DNA of 64,000 bases from the human T2T-CHM13v2.0 reference genome, Homo sapiens: assembly GCF_009914755.1 (NCBI RefSeq), contig NC_060927.1; one strand, written 5' to 3'. The notes under the pieces are model-generated. The model did no database searches, had not been told where the DNA came from, and saw only the letters and a program-made list of their open reading frames with translations. Position 1 is the first letter of the stretch. Each line of letters begins with the position of its first letter. Both the position numbers and the translations under genes were made by a program. This document shows, in pieces, positions 25,248 to 53,326 of the stretch.

Positions 25248-28200
25248 GGAGGCAGAGCAAGATGGCTGAACAGAAGCCTACACGATTTGTCACCCCTGTA
25301 GGAGCACCAAATTTTAACAGCTAGCTACCCACAAAAAGCATCATCACAAGAATTAAAAATCAGGTGAACAATCACAGTACCTGGTTTTAACTTCTATCAG
25401 TGAAAGAATTATTGAAGAGAGCAAGAAAGACAGTCTTGAAGTGCTGATGCCACCTGTTCCCCATTCCTCAGAAGTGGCTGCATGGTGTGGAGAATCTGTG
25501 TGCTTTGAAGAGGGAGAGTGTGGTGATTATGAGGTTTTGCACTGAACTCAGTGCTGCCCCATCACAGTGGAAAGCAGAACTGGGCTGTACTCAGCTGACA
25601 TCTGCCCACAGAGGGAGCATTTGGACTGGCCCTAACCAGACAGAATTATCTATCCCAGCATGACTTGATAAAAGCCCTGCCACTGTGTGCTGGAGTGCTC
25701 TGGGGCCCTAAGTGAACTTGAGGGGCAGTCTAGGCCACAGGTGTTGCAATTCCTATGCAAGTCCTGGTGCTGAGCTGGGCTCAGAGCCAGTGGACTTGGT
25801 GGGCAGGGCACACAAACTACTGAGACACCAGCCAGGGTGGCTAAGAGAGGGCTTGTTCCACCTCTCCCTCACCCTCTGGTAGCAGCCATGCAGTGCAAAG
25901 AAATCTGTGCACTTGGGAGAAGGAGAGCACAGTGACTAGGGAACTTTACATTGAACTCAGTGCTGCCCTGTCACAGCAGAGACCTGGTAGGATTCACCAA
26001 CTGCTGACTAAAGAGCCCCTGGTCCCTGAATAACCAAGAACAATACATTGGTAATATGCTGTGGGCCTTGGGCTCTGAGACTTACTGGCTTCAGGTGTGA
26101 TCCAGAACATTCACACCTGTGGTGGCTATGGTGAAGGACTCCTTTTGTTTGAGAAAATCAGGTGGGAAAAGTAAAGGGGACTCTGTATTGCACCCTGGGT
26201 AACAACTTGGCCCCAGGAGGGTAGAGCACCAAGTAGGTTCTTAGGGTCCCAAGTCCAGGTCTAGGCTCTTAGTCAGCATTTCTGGACCTGCCCTGGGCCA
26301 GAGGGGAGCTTGCTGCCCTAAAGGTTGAGTCCTAGGCAGCATTCATCATAAGCTGACTGAAGAGGCCTTGGGCTTTAAGTAAACATTGGCAGTGCCCTGG
26401 CAGAATGCCCTATGGATCAGTGCTCATGGTGGCCACATGGAGAGGAGGCTCCTCTGCCTTTGGAAAGGGGAAGGAAAAGTGGAAAGGACTTAATTTTGCA
26501 GTTTGAGTGACAGTTTAGCTGCAGTAAAATAGAACACCAGGTAAATTTCTAGGGTTCCTAGAGAGTATTTCTGGAATTCTGAGGCCTGGGGTTGCCACCC
26601 TGAAGGGAGGGATGCAAACCTGGCTGGCTTTGCCACCTACTCATTGTAGAGCCCTGAGTGAACCAGGTGGTTACAGTGAGCTTTGGGCAAAACCCAGTGC
26701 TGTGCTGGCTTCAGGTCTGAACCAGCACTATCACTGTCGTGGTAGTGACAGGAATGCTTGTGTTCCCCCTAACCCCAGTTCCAGGAGGCTCAGATCAAAG
26801 ACAGAGACTCTGTTTGTTTGGGAGAGAGTAAGGAAAAAGAACAAGAGCCTCTGCCTGGTAACCCAGATAATTCTTCTGGACGTTATCCCACACCACCAAG
26901 GTGATACCTGTATAAGTCTGCAAGAACCACAGTGTTATTGGGTTGGGGCTCAAGTTCCTTCAAACACCTGGAAAGCCTGGAAGGACAGGCACAAATAGTC
27001 CCAGACTGTGAAGACTACAATAAATGCCTAGCTCTTCAATGCCCAGACACTGATGAACAAGTACAAGCATCAAGACCATTGAGGAAAACATGATCTCGCC
27101 AAATGAACTAAGTAAGGCACCAGGGACCAATCCTGAAGGAACAGAGATATGTGACCTTTCAGACAGATAATTTAAAATTAGTATTTAAAGGAAACTCAAA
27201 GAAATTCAAGATAACACAGAGAAAGAATTCAGATTTCTATCAGATAAATTTAACAAAGAGATTGAAATAATTAAAAAGAATCAAGCAGAAATTCTAGAGT
27301 TGAAAATGCAATGGACATAACAAAGAATGCATTAGAGTCTCTTAATAGCAGAATTGATCAAGCAGAAGAAAGAATTAGTGAGCTTGAAGACAGGCTATTT
27401 GAAAATACACAGTCAGAGGAGACAAAAGAAAAAGGAATAAAAAAGAATAAAGCACGCCTACAAGAATTAGCAAATAGGCTCAATAGGGCAAATCTAAGAG
27501 TTATTGGCCTTAAAGAGGAGGTAGAGAATGATAGAGGTAGAAAGTTTATTTCAAAGGATATTAGATAACTTTCCAAACCTAGAGAAAGATATCAATATTC
27601 AAGTACAAGAAGGAACACCAAGCCGATTTAACCCAAAGAAGTCTACCTCAATGCATTTAACAATCAAGATCCCAAAGGTAAAGGATAAAGAAAGGATCCT
27701 AAAAGCAGCAAGAGAAAATAAACAAATAACATGCAATGGGGCTCCAATATGTCTGGCAGCAGACTTTTCAGTGGAAACCTTACAGACCAGGAGAGAGCAA
27801 CATGACATATATAAAGCACTGAAGGAAAAAAAATCTTTTACCCTATAATAGTATATCCAGTGAAAATATCCTTCAAACTTGAAGGACAAATAAAGACTTT
27901 CCCAGATAAACAAAAGCTGAGGGATTTTATTAACATCAGACCTGTCCTACAAAAAATGCTAAAGGGAGTTCTTCAAGTTGAAGGAAAAGGATGTTAATGA
28001 GCAATAGAAATCATCTGAAGATACAAAACTCGCTGGTAATAACGCACAGAAAAACACAGAATATTATAACACTGTAATTGTGGTGTGTAAAATATTCTTA
28101 AGTAGAAAGGCTGAATGATGAACCAATCAAAAATAATAACTATAACAACTTTTCAATACATAGTATAATAAGACATAATAAGAAACAACAAGAAGTTAAA

Positions 28201-28560
28201 AAGTGGGGGAGCAAAATTAAAGTGTATCATTTTTAATAGTTTTCTTGGTGCTTATTTGTTTATACAGACAGTGTTAAGTTGTCATCAGTTTAAAATAATG
28301 GTTTACAAGATCATATTTGGAAGCCTCATGGCAACCTCAAGTGAAAAAATCATACAATGAATACAATCTGCAAGAAATAAAATCACCTTCACTAAAAGGA
28401 AGACAGAAAGGAAGGAAGAAGGAAAGAGAAGATGATAAAGCAACCAGAAAACAAATAACAAAATGGCAGGAGTAAGTCCTTATTTATCAATAATAACATT
28501 GAATGTAAATGGACTAAACTCTATAATCAAAAGACACAGAGTGGATTAAACATGCACATG

Positions 28561-28613
<53 letters not shown>

Positions 28614-30071
28614 CAATGATCTGTTGCCTACAAGAAACACTTCACCCATAAATATACACATAGACTGAAAATAAAGGGATGGAAAAAGATTTTCCATGCC
28701 AGTGGAAAGCAAAAAATAGCAGGACTAGCTAAATTTAGACAAAATAGATTAGATTTCAAGACAAAGGCTGTAAGAAGATACAAAGGTCATTATATAATGA
28801 TAAAAGAGTCAATTCAGAATGTAGATATAATAATTGTAAATATATATGCACCCAGCACTGGAGCACTCAGATATATAAGCAGTATTATTAGAGCTAAAGA
28901 GAGAGATAAGCCTCAATACAATAATAGTTGGAAACTTCAACACCCCACTTTCAGCATTGGACAGATCTTCCAGACAGAAAATCAACAAAGAAACATCAGA
29001 CTTAATCTGCACTACATAACAAATGGATCTAATAGATATTTACAGAACATTTCATCCAACAGCTACAGTATACACATTCTTCTCCTGAGCACATGGATAA
29101 TTCTCAAAGATAGCCCATATGTTAGGCCACATAACAAGTTTTGAAACAGTCAAAAATGGAAATAATATCAACCATCTTCTCTAACCACAATGGAATAAAA
29201 CTAGAAAACAATAAGAAGAGGAATTTTGGAAGCTATACAAACACATGGAAATTAAGCAATATGCTCCTGAATGACCAGGAGATCAATGAAGAAATTAAGA
29301 ATGAAATTGAAAAATTTCTTGAAACAAATGTTAATGGAAACACAACATAGCAAAACAGATGGAATACAGTGAAAATAGTACTAGGAAGGAAATTTATAGT
29401 TGTAAGTGTTTACATCAAAAAGGAAGAAGAACTTCAAACAAGTAACATTAACAATGCATCTTAACTAGAAAAGCAAGAGAAAATCAAACCCAAAATCAGC
29501 AGAAGAAAAGAAATAATAAAGATCAATGAATTTGAAATGAAGGAAACAATATAAAAGATCAATGAAATGAAAAATGGGTTTTTTGAAAAGAAAAATAAAA
29601 TTGACAAACCTTGAGCCAGACTAAGAAAAAAAGAGAGGACCCAAATAAATAAAATCAGAGATGAAAAAGGAGACATTACAGCTGATACTGCAGAAATTTA
29701 AAGGATTGTTAGTGGCTACTATGAACAACTATAGGCCAACAAATTGGTAAACCTAGATGAAACAATAGATTTCTAGACACATACAACCTGCCAAGATTGA
29801 ACCATGAAGAAATCTAAAACCTGAACAAACCAATAACAAGTAAAAAGATCAAAGCCATAATAAAGAGTCTCCCAGTAAAGAAAAGCCTGGGACCTAATGG
29901 CTTCACTGCTGAATTCTGCCCAAACATTTAAAAAAGAACTAATACCAGTTCCCTACTCCAAAAAATAAAGGAGGGGGGAATACTTCCAAACTCATTCTAT
30001 GAGTCCAATATTACCCTCATACCAAAACCAGACAAAGACACATCAAAAAATGAAAACTACAGGCCAATATC
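25248..30071 (+). mobile_element. L1M1/L1MA-like element: 5' UTR, ORF1 (about 27039-27997) and ORF2 5' part (from 28463), truncated at the 3' side
   Basis: Starts GGAGGCAGAGCAAGATGGC. ORF1 remnants at 27311-27848. ORF2 starts MAGVSPYLSIITLNVNG and homology stops at ENYRPI. Confidence 0.88.
28564..28610 (+). repeat. (CA)n microsatellite inside L1 ORF2
   Basis: About 23 uninterrupted CA units. Confidence 0.95.
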
Positions 30072-30460
30072 CAGCCTCTGGTAACCAACCACTAGTCTAC
30101 TCTCTGCTTCTATGGGTTTGACTTTTTTAGATTCCACATGTAAGTGAGATCATGTGACATCTGTTCTTTCTATGCCTGTTGGTCAAAGGATACAAAATTT
30201 CCATTAGATAACAGGAATAAGCTCAAGAAAACTATTGTACAACATACTGACCGCAGTTAATGCCAATATGTTATAAACTTGAAAATTACTGAGAATAGAT
30301 TTTGTGTGCTAACCACAAAAATGTGGTACATACATGAGGTAATGCATCTGTTAATTAGTTTGATTTTGCCATCCCACAATGTATACACAAATCAAAATAT
30401 CATGTTGTAAACCATACATTCCTTTTTTATTTATCAACAAAAAAGAAAATAAATTAAAAA
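30072..30460 (+). mobile_element. L1MA 3' end with 5' inversion (30072-30178 inverted)
   Basis: A reversed 3' UTR segment abuts the forward 3' terminus and A-rich tail. Confidence 0.75.
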
Positions 30461-30710
30461 TGCAAATTTTCAATAAATAAAAGTGAGACACTAAAAGTCT
30501 GATTCTTCATGGGTGGGATTGTCAACTGGAGGATTTCTCTGTGAGATGATCAGTTGGAGAACTGACAATTCTAACAAAGTCTGCAAAATGTCAGCAAATT
30601 ACTGTCAGTTTTGTAGTGTCCTCAAGGATGGCTTTTACTCACAGAAAGTATCATTTAAAGGTTTGTTGTATTTTGTTTAAGATTTAATGTTCAATTTATT
30701 AAAGTTATAA

Positions 30711-30923
30711 TTTTTTTATTATTATACTTTAAGTTTTAGGGTACATGTGCACATTGTGCAGGTTAGTTACATATGTATACATGTGCCATGCTGGTGCACT
30801 GCACCCACTAACTCGTCATCTAGCATTAGGTATATCTCCCAATGCTATCCCTCCCCCCTCCCCCCACCCCACCACAGTCCCCAGAGTGTGATATTCCCCT
30901 TCCTGTGTCCATGTGATCTCATT
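30711..30923 (-). mobile_element. 5'-truncated L1PA2 3' end
   Basis: Diagnostics cacattgtg, cactaactcgtcatctagc, gatattcccc and gtgatctcatt. Possible TSD taattttt. Confidence 0.88.
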
Positions 30924-31916
30924 AATTTTTAAGTCCTCTTTCTTTTGTAAATTTTGACTTGTACTTACAAATGTTATGATTGAATTTATAAGTCTTGCAG
31001 ATCTTAGAAATCATTCCAGAGAGGTATTTGAGTATTTGTTCCTATTTACAAACATAATTTATTAGATACAGTTAAATATTTTAAAATGCATATATAAACT
31101 GAAAATATTCAGTTTTCAAGTATTTTATTTTTTTCTGAATTAACAAACTTCCTGAGCACATAAATAATTTTTGCATTTAAAATATTAAATTTACGTATAT
31201 GTTAAATGTAAAGTTAATTTAAATATTCTAATTCAACCTACAATTACATATCTAAAACAAATATTGAGTACACATTTTAAATTTGAGTTCAAGGTTTTCA
31301 TTTATAATTAGCCAAATTCTAGCATTATAAATACCTAAAATGTCAAATATGAAAAGATTGCCTTTTAACAAAAAATATGAATGCAATGATTTCTATTCTT
31401 TTAAGCCTTTCTATTCTTAATTCTAAATCTTGCTGGGGTTTAAAGATGCCTACCCACTAAAGAAGTAAAATTCTGCTCAGGCAGCCAGGGTTACTTCCTA
31501 TGAGAGATTTTGTCAGACCTGGAGCTGCAGAAACTCAGAACGATCCTTCTCTCTACCCTTACTGTTGTACTGAGCCCCTCTTAGGTATGTCAAAAAAAAC
31601 ATGAAATCAGCACTTTTATACTGTTAATAAAGACATTTATATCATAGGCTTCAAAGCACAAAGAGGCAGTATTCTCATATCTCTCATTACCTAATTCTCT
31701 AGGCCACACAGTTCTTACACATATCTAAAATGACATTTGAGTGAATTTGATGTATCTTCATGAAAACCATTTTCAGGAGCTCTTCTACTTTCTTCCCCCG
31801 TTGACCAAGGGTCAAATAGTACCTTCTAACATTGGTTTATACTCACTTCTGTATTCTTTACTGGCATAACTAATAAGTTGATAATGCCCACAGATAGCAA
31901 GGTAAGAAATGAGATT

Positions 31917-32212
31917 GGGCCCAGTGCAGTGGCTGATTCCTGTAATCCCAGCACTTTGGGAGGCTGTTGGCTTGAGCCCAAGAACTCCAGAACTGCCTGG
32001 GCATCATGGCAAAACCTCATTTCTACAAAGAAATACAAAAATTAGCCAAGCATGGTCGGTACACCTGTCAACCCAGCTACACAGGAGGCTGAGGTGTGAG
32101 GTTCATCTGATCCTGGGGAGGTTGAGGCTGCAGTGAGCCAATACTGCGTCACTGCACTCCAGCCTGTGTGACAGAATGAGACCCCAAATCAAAAAGGAAA
32201 GGAAAAGGAAGA
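31917..32212 (+). mobile_element. AluJ
   Basis: Diverged dimer. 12-bp TSD AAGAAATGAGAT at 31904 and 32213. Confidence 0.9.
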
Positions 32213-32942
32213 AAGAAATGAGATCCAACAGCAATGCATTGCAATCCCACTTATCTTCATGTTAATTATTCAGCCTGGGGATATTTATCTTCTTCCCAGG
32301 TTATTGCTTCAGTCTCTTTTCTGAGGAGTGCATGCCTTCTGGGGAGGGTTGGAAAGGAAAGCTGTAGGGGAGATCCTCTGGTCAGGATGCAGACTTTCAC
32401 TTAATTCCCCTAGGTTAGTTAAGCTTGAGTCATTGCCTCCTACCCTTGACTGTGTCTGGTGTCTTCTGTCTTCTAACTCTTTCCAAGTCAATCTACCCAG
32501 GCCTCTTCCTGTGAAGAGGCAGTAATGAGTCTCTCACTTGCCTTGCTCCCCTTGCCGCACCCCACTTTAGAATTAAAGTTGCTATCTGCCTCCTTGATAC
32601 ACAGAGAGTCTCTCCCAAGGGCAAGAACCACCCCCAGTCCAACACAAAAACCACCTAGATGGTGCCTGACAAAATAATGTTTGCTTCATAGTTTGGCTTT
32701 TATCTCACTTTACTTCCCCTGCAGGTTTCTAGAAAAGTCTTTATCCTGTTCTCCAGAGAGCAATGTATATTTGGTTACTTATCAGTGAAAGCTGCTCAGG
32801 AATCACTGCCTGGGCAGCCACAATGGAAGGGCTGCCCCATCTGGTAGGCGGCTCCAGCCCCTGACAGAGCCAGTCGTCTGGGTCCCCAGATCTAAGCCAC
32901 CAGCTCAGCCATCTGGGGTCCTGCAGAACCATCTCGTTGGTC

Positions 32943-33096
32943 TATAAAAGCCAGGTTGTCTGGGTCTCCCATTCCTGCATGATGGGTCCACAGTGCAGAG
33001 TTCACTTCCTGGCCGCCATCTTGCAGAAGTCATGAGAAATACAACTGCTGCAATTATGCAGCGAAAAAAGAAAGGCCATATGGCACACCTTTGATG
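32943..33096. promoter_or_regulatory. Candidate promoter/enhancer motif cluster in apparently unique DNA
   Basis: TATAAAAG at 32943, ETS CACTTCCTGG at 33003, YY1 GCCGCCATCTTG at 33012, E-box palindrome GCCATATGGC at 33075, TCF/LEF CCTTTGATG at 33088. Confidence 0.5.
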
Positions 33097-33369
33097 AATA
33101 ATCAGCTAAGTAGACGATCAACTCCAAAACAATGGTATAAATGGCCCTGTCCCCCTAGGCATCTCCCAAGAATATTGCTATAAATCTTCACGAAGTGTTT
33201 AAAAAGTACTTATTAGCTTCTGGAAAAATGTCCTAAGTATAATTTATTTTGGCGCTGTGAGGATGGTTTCTGCAAATTTTTCAAAACTTGTTCTCTTGGG
33301 GAGGGACTCTCTCACTGGAACTCTGCTGAGTCTGATGGCTGGGATTGCTGGAGCTCTCACCCTCATGAT

Positions 33370-33550
33370 TCAGATGCCATAACCAATCATGGAGGCAGGT
33401 TACTGTCACGAGTTTACCAACGGGAAAACTGAGATTCAAAGAGGGAAGTGTCCCCCTCCCCCGGGTCACACTGTCCTGCAGTGACGGGGTTGGCACTGAG
33501 AACATGGGTTTCAACGTCTGCGCTTTTGCTGTCATCCAAAGCTGCTTCCA
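33370..33550 (-). mobile_element. MIR
   Basis: gggaaaactgagattcaaagagggaagtg...ggtcacac. Confidence 0.65.
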
Positions 33551-34399
33551 TGATTGGTGAAAGGAGAAGCCAGAGACTCTAGTTTGGCCGTTTCCAGCAC
33601 TTCTCTGTGGCTGTTCTCTGTTCCTGAGACATGTGGATTGTGATCTGTACCTCTTGGATGCTCTACTACTCCACTGGGTTCTCATGCACAGAACGTTGAA
33701 TTGGAGACATTGTTATACCTTGGAGTAGCCTACTCAACGAAAAAAATGTAAAGTGACTGCTCATAGTGTGACATGGCTCTAGAGAATGTGTTTCAATCCA
33801 TAGCTTCAGAAATTAAAATATTCTAATCTAAGACTTAGTTTTGACCTCTAACAAGGAGAGTAAATAAGCAAACCCAGACAACACAAGCCCTGAGCAAGGG
33901 TCACAGAAGCCTAGCCTAGCATTTTAGCAATTAAGGGTACTTGTCCATAAAGCACTTAAAAATCCATTTAGACCATCCAAGTCGGTTCAAGCTCTTTAAT
34001 CTTGGATAAAGTAAACAAGATTGTTTTTAAGGTTTTTTTTTTTTTTTCTATTTTAAAGTAAGAATATTGGAAGAGAAAAAACTAAGACACTCAAGGCCAG
34101 ACCTTTGGACCCCAGTAATGTGTAACAGCTGCAGATGCTGGTGAGACCTTTTGGTGATATTTTCAGTCTGCTAATGCCAGCTCACCCTTTCACAGATTGA
34201 AAACAACTCATCTCTTTGAAGTACCCTTTTCAATTGCACCTCGAAAATTCCTTAAGGGCAGGACCCAGACATTATTCTGTACCCCACAAAGTGTAGTTCA
34301 GCCCATGGGGTCTCAGCAAATGCTTGTTAAGAGATGGCTCGTTGGAAGCAGCAGGCTTTGCCCTCCTCAACAATGGACAAATCTCACCACAGCCCTCAG

Positions 34400-34770
34400 G
34401 CACTGCACTATGCAGCCAAACCAACTCCCTTTCCATTCTGAATCTCTGCCTCCCTGTTTTGCACATACTGGCTACACACCCGAAGCACAGTTCTATCTTT
34501 CTTTCTTCATTCTATCTCCCTCAGCTGAAGGGACACCTCAGAGGAGCTTTCCCTGACCTCTTTGGCAGTTCCCTCGTTTATTTTTCTGCTACCAGTCTCT
34601 TGGCAGTGAGTTCTGGAAGGCATGGACTACTACATGTTTCCCTGTGTTTATTTGTTCAATGTCTGTTTTCCCACCAAACTCCAAGAAGGCAGGGACAAGT
34701 GCTTTATTCACCTCTGTATCCCCAATGCCCAGCACAAGGCCTGCCAGCGTGTGTACTGAGTTGAGCTGAA
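34400..34770 (+). mobile_element. L2 3' fragment
   Basis: ttcacctctgtatccccaatgcccagcacaaggcctg. Confidence 0.6.
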
Positions 34771-35504
34771 TAACTTAGACATCAAGAAGACCAGGCTAAA
34801 CAAATCTCAATTTATTCTCCCTTCCAGTTCAAGTCTTAAAGGATAATGTGTCCTTTAACCAACATGGTTCAGACAGCTGATTAGTCATCGAAGGCCACAA
34901 AACTCCAAGTTTACTGGGTGTGACACTCCAAAGTATGGATTTCAGGAGCCAGAGGAGAAACATCATGGGGTTCTTGTCTGAACAATGTGTACCTACAAGA
35001 GAATTTCCAAGAATAGGAGATGGAATGTGACCAGACTGGGGACAGCAGTGTCTATTTCTACTTGGGAAAATTGTTCAATAGAGCTACAGTCACACCTCCA
35101 CTTTTTAAAGTTCTTTTTCAACTGGAAAATGTTCCCCTACATGGGGGATTTCCTGAAGTCCTGGTCACATTCCCTAAGTAGGAGTGTTCCGGAGAGGCCA
35201 GCAGCCTGCCCCTGTGTGTGTGCTGACAGGTGTGGCACTGTTAGGCAGCAATGTGCTGAACTTCAGACCCCCCCCCGGAGACCAAATACTTCAAAGCTGC
35301 TTGGAGACCTAGAAACACAAACAAAGCATTTAATCTTGAGGCCCTGACACTTTTGCAAGGTAGAAAAATGTCACCAATGGACCACACTCCATTCCTCTAC
35401 TTAGGAGACAAGACGTTGCAAACACACAGCTTTGAGGCTCGTCATACAGCCCCTTTGGATTTTGTTTTGTTTTGATTTCCTGTTCAGTTAGGATAGTCTT
35501 TGTT

Positions 35505-40512
<5,008 letters not shown>

Positions 40513-40636
40513 GCCCTTCCCAGTCCTTGGATTTTAAAGACTGGCTTCTCCTGGAACCCCTATATTGCTTCATAAGGCACTGTTGCATGCATGGAGAAGT
40601 CGGTGCCTTGGAATGGGACTTCCAAAGAGGGATTTA

Positions 40637-46763
<6,127 letters not shown>

Positions 46764-47424
46764 CCAAAGAGGGATTTAAAGTAACACTGAACAAGCAGCT
46801 TCAAGGACTGTTTACTTCACATTGCACACTTGCAAGTAATTTAAATAAATTGTGTAAACAGGCCTGAAAAATCTAGAATACAATTTACTAATAATTTAGG
46901 CTTAATTTATTGCGTGTGTATTTATGTGTAGCGGTATTGAGGTTTAACAAGTGAAAATTGCACATATCCATGATATACAGCTTGATGCTTTCATATACAT
47001 ACACACTGTGAAATAATCACCACAATTCAGCTAATTACCATATCTCTCACCTCACACAGTTGCCATTTGTGTGTATGGTAAGAACACTTAAGATCCACCT
47101 TAACAAATTTGAAGTATACAGTACAGTATTGTTAACCACAGTCACCATGCTATGCATTAGTTATTCAGAACATATTTATCTTGCATAATTGGGATTCCAT
47201 ACTCTGACCAACATCTCATTTCTCCCACCCCCCAACCACTAGAAATCACCATTCTCTGTGCTTCTGTGGTTTGACTGTTTTTCATTCCACATATAAGTGA
47301 GATCACACAGTATTTTTCTTTCTGTGTCTAGTTTATTTCATTAGCTTAATGTCCTCCAAGTTCATCCATGTTGTTACAAATGGCAGGATTTTCTTCTTTT
47401 TTTAAGGCTGAATAATATTTCATT

Positions 47425-47690
47425 ACATATTTATATACATTATATATTTATCTATAATATAGTATTATATATTATTAATATATAATTATATTGTATATTA
47501 TTAATATAGAATTATATTATATTATTAATATAGAATTATATTATATATTATTAATATAGAATTATATTACTAATTAATAACATATAATTGTAATTATATA
47601 ATTAAATAATAGATAATTACATGTAATATATATTTATATAATATGTATTATATATAATGTAATATTTTATATTTATAATAGAATTATATT
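47425..47690. repeat. AT-rich low-complexity tract with a ~25-bp minisatellite
   Basis: Repeated atattattaatatagaattat units; almost no G or C. Confidence 0.9.
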
Positions 47691-49437
47691 TTTTTATTCA
47701 TTCACCCATTAACAGATATTTAGGGTGTTTCCGTATCTTGGCAACTGTGAATAATGCTACAGTGAACATAGGAGTACAGGTATCTCCTTTGACATACTGT
47801 TTTTATTTCCTTTTGATATATATACCCAGAAGTGGGATTACTGGATACCATGAGTTCTATTTTTAATTTTTTGAGGAACCTCCATACTCTTCTTCACAAT
47901 GGCCATACCAATTTACACTCCCAGAACAATGTACAAATGTGTTTCTTTTTCTCCACATCTTCACTAACACTTACCTTTTGTCTTTTTGATGATAGCCATT
48001 CTAACAGATGTGAAGTAATATCTCATTGTGGTTTTGATATGCATTTCTCTGATGATTAGTGAATTAATGACCTTTTCATATACCTGTTGCCTTTTGCATG
48101 TCTTCTTTTAAGAAATGTCTATTCAGGTTTTTTACCCACGTTTTGATCAGGTTATTTGGCTTTTTTGTTGTTGAGTTCTTTTAGTATATTTTGTATATTA
48201 ACATAGTTTGCAAATATTTTCTCCCATTCTGTAGGTTACCTTTTCACTCTGTTAATTATTACTTTTGCTGTGAGGAAGCTTTTTAGTTTGATGTAATCTC
48301 ATTTGCCTACTTTTGCTTTTGTAGCCTGTGCTTTCAGTGTCATATTCCAAAAAATCATTGCTCAGACAAATGCTATAAAGATTTTCTGTATGTTTTTTTC
48401 TAGTTGTTCTATGGTTTCAGATCTTATGTTTAAGTTTTTAATCCATTCTGAGTTGATTTTTATATATGTTGTGAGGAAAGGTTCTAATTTTATTCTTTTT
48501 GCTCTTTTGCACCATTTATTGAGGAGACTATTCTTTCCCCATTGTGTATTCCTGGCACCTTTGCTGAAGATCAGTTGACCATATACATGTGGTTTTATGT
48601 CTGGGCTTTCTAACTGTTCCATTGGTCTGTTTTTAATGCCAGTGCCATACTGTTTTGATTAATATAGCTTTGTACTATATTTTGAAAACAGGAAGCATGA
48701 TGTCTCCAGCTTTGTTCTCCTTGCTCAAGATTGCTTTGACTATTCAAGCTTTTCTGTGGTTTCATATGAATTTTAGGATGACTTCCTTCTACTTCTGTAA
48801 AGAACACCATTGGAATTTTGATAACAAGTGCATTGAATCTTTAGATCACTTTGGGTAGTATGGACATTTTAGCAATATTAATTCTTCCAACCATAAATAT
48901 GAATGTCTTCCCATTTATTGGTGTCTTCCTTATTTTCCTTCATCAGTGATTTAAAAATTCACTGTATGTCTTTCACCTCTTTTGTTAATTTTATTCCTAA
49001 GTACTTTATTCCTTTTCGCTATTGTCAGTGGGATTGTTTTCTTAATTTCCTTTCAGATAATTCATTGTTTATATATAGATAACTCACTGATTTTTGTATG
49101 TTGCTTTTGTTTCTGCAACTTTGAATTCATTTATTAGTTCTACAGTATTTTTGTTGTTGTTGAGACAGGTTCTCAGGCTGGAGTGCAGTAGCATGATCAC
49201 GTTTTGTTTTTTTTTGTTTTATTTTATTTTATTATTATACTTTAAGATTTAGGGTACATGTGCACAATGTGCAGGTTAGTTACATATGTATACATGTGCC
49301 ATGCTGGTGTGCTGCACCCATTAACTCGTCAATTAGCATTAGGTGTATCTCCTAATGCTATCCCTCCCCCTCCCCCCACCACACAACAGTCCCCAGAGTG
49401 TGATGTTCCCCTTCCTGTGTCCAAGTGTTCTCATTGT

Positions 49438-53278
<3,841 letters not shown>

Positions 53279-53326
53279 TTATTTTGCTCGTTAGTTGGTG
53301 CAGTTTCTTCCTAGCCTTGATGGTCT

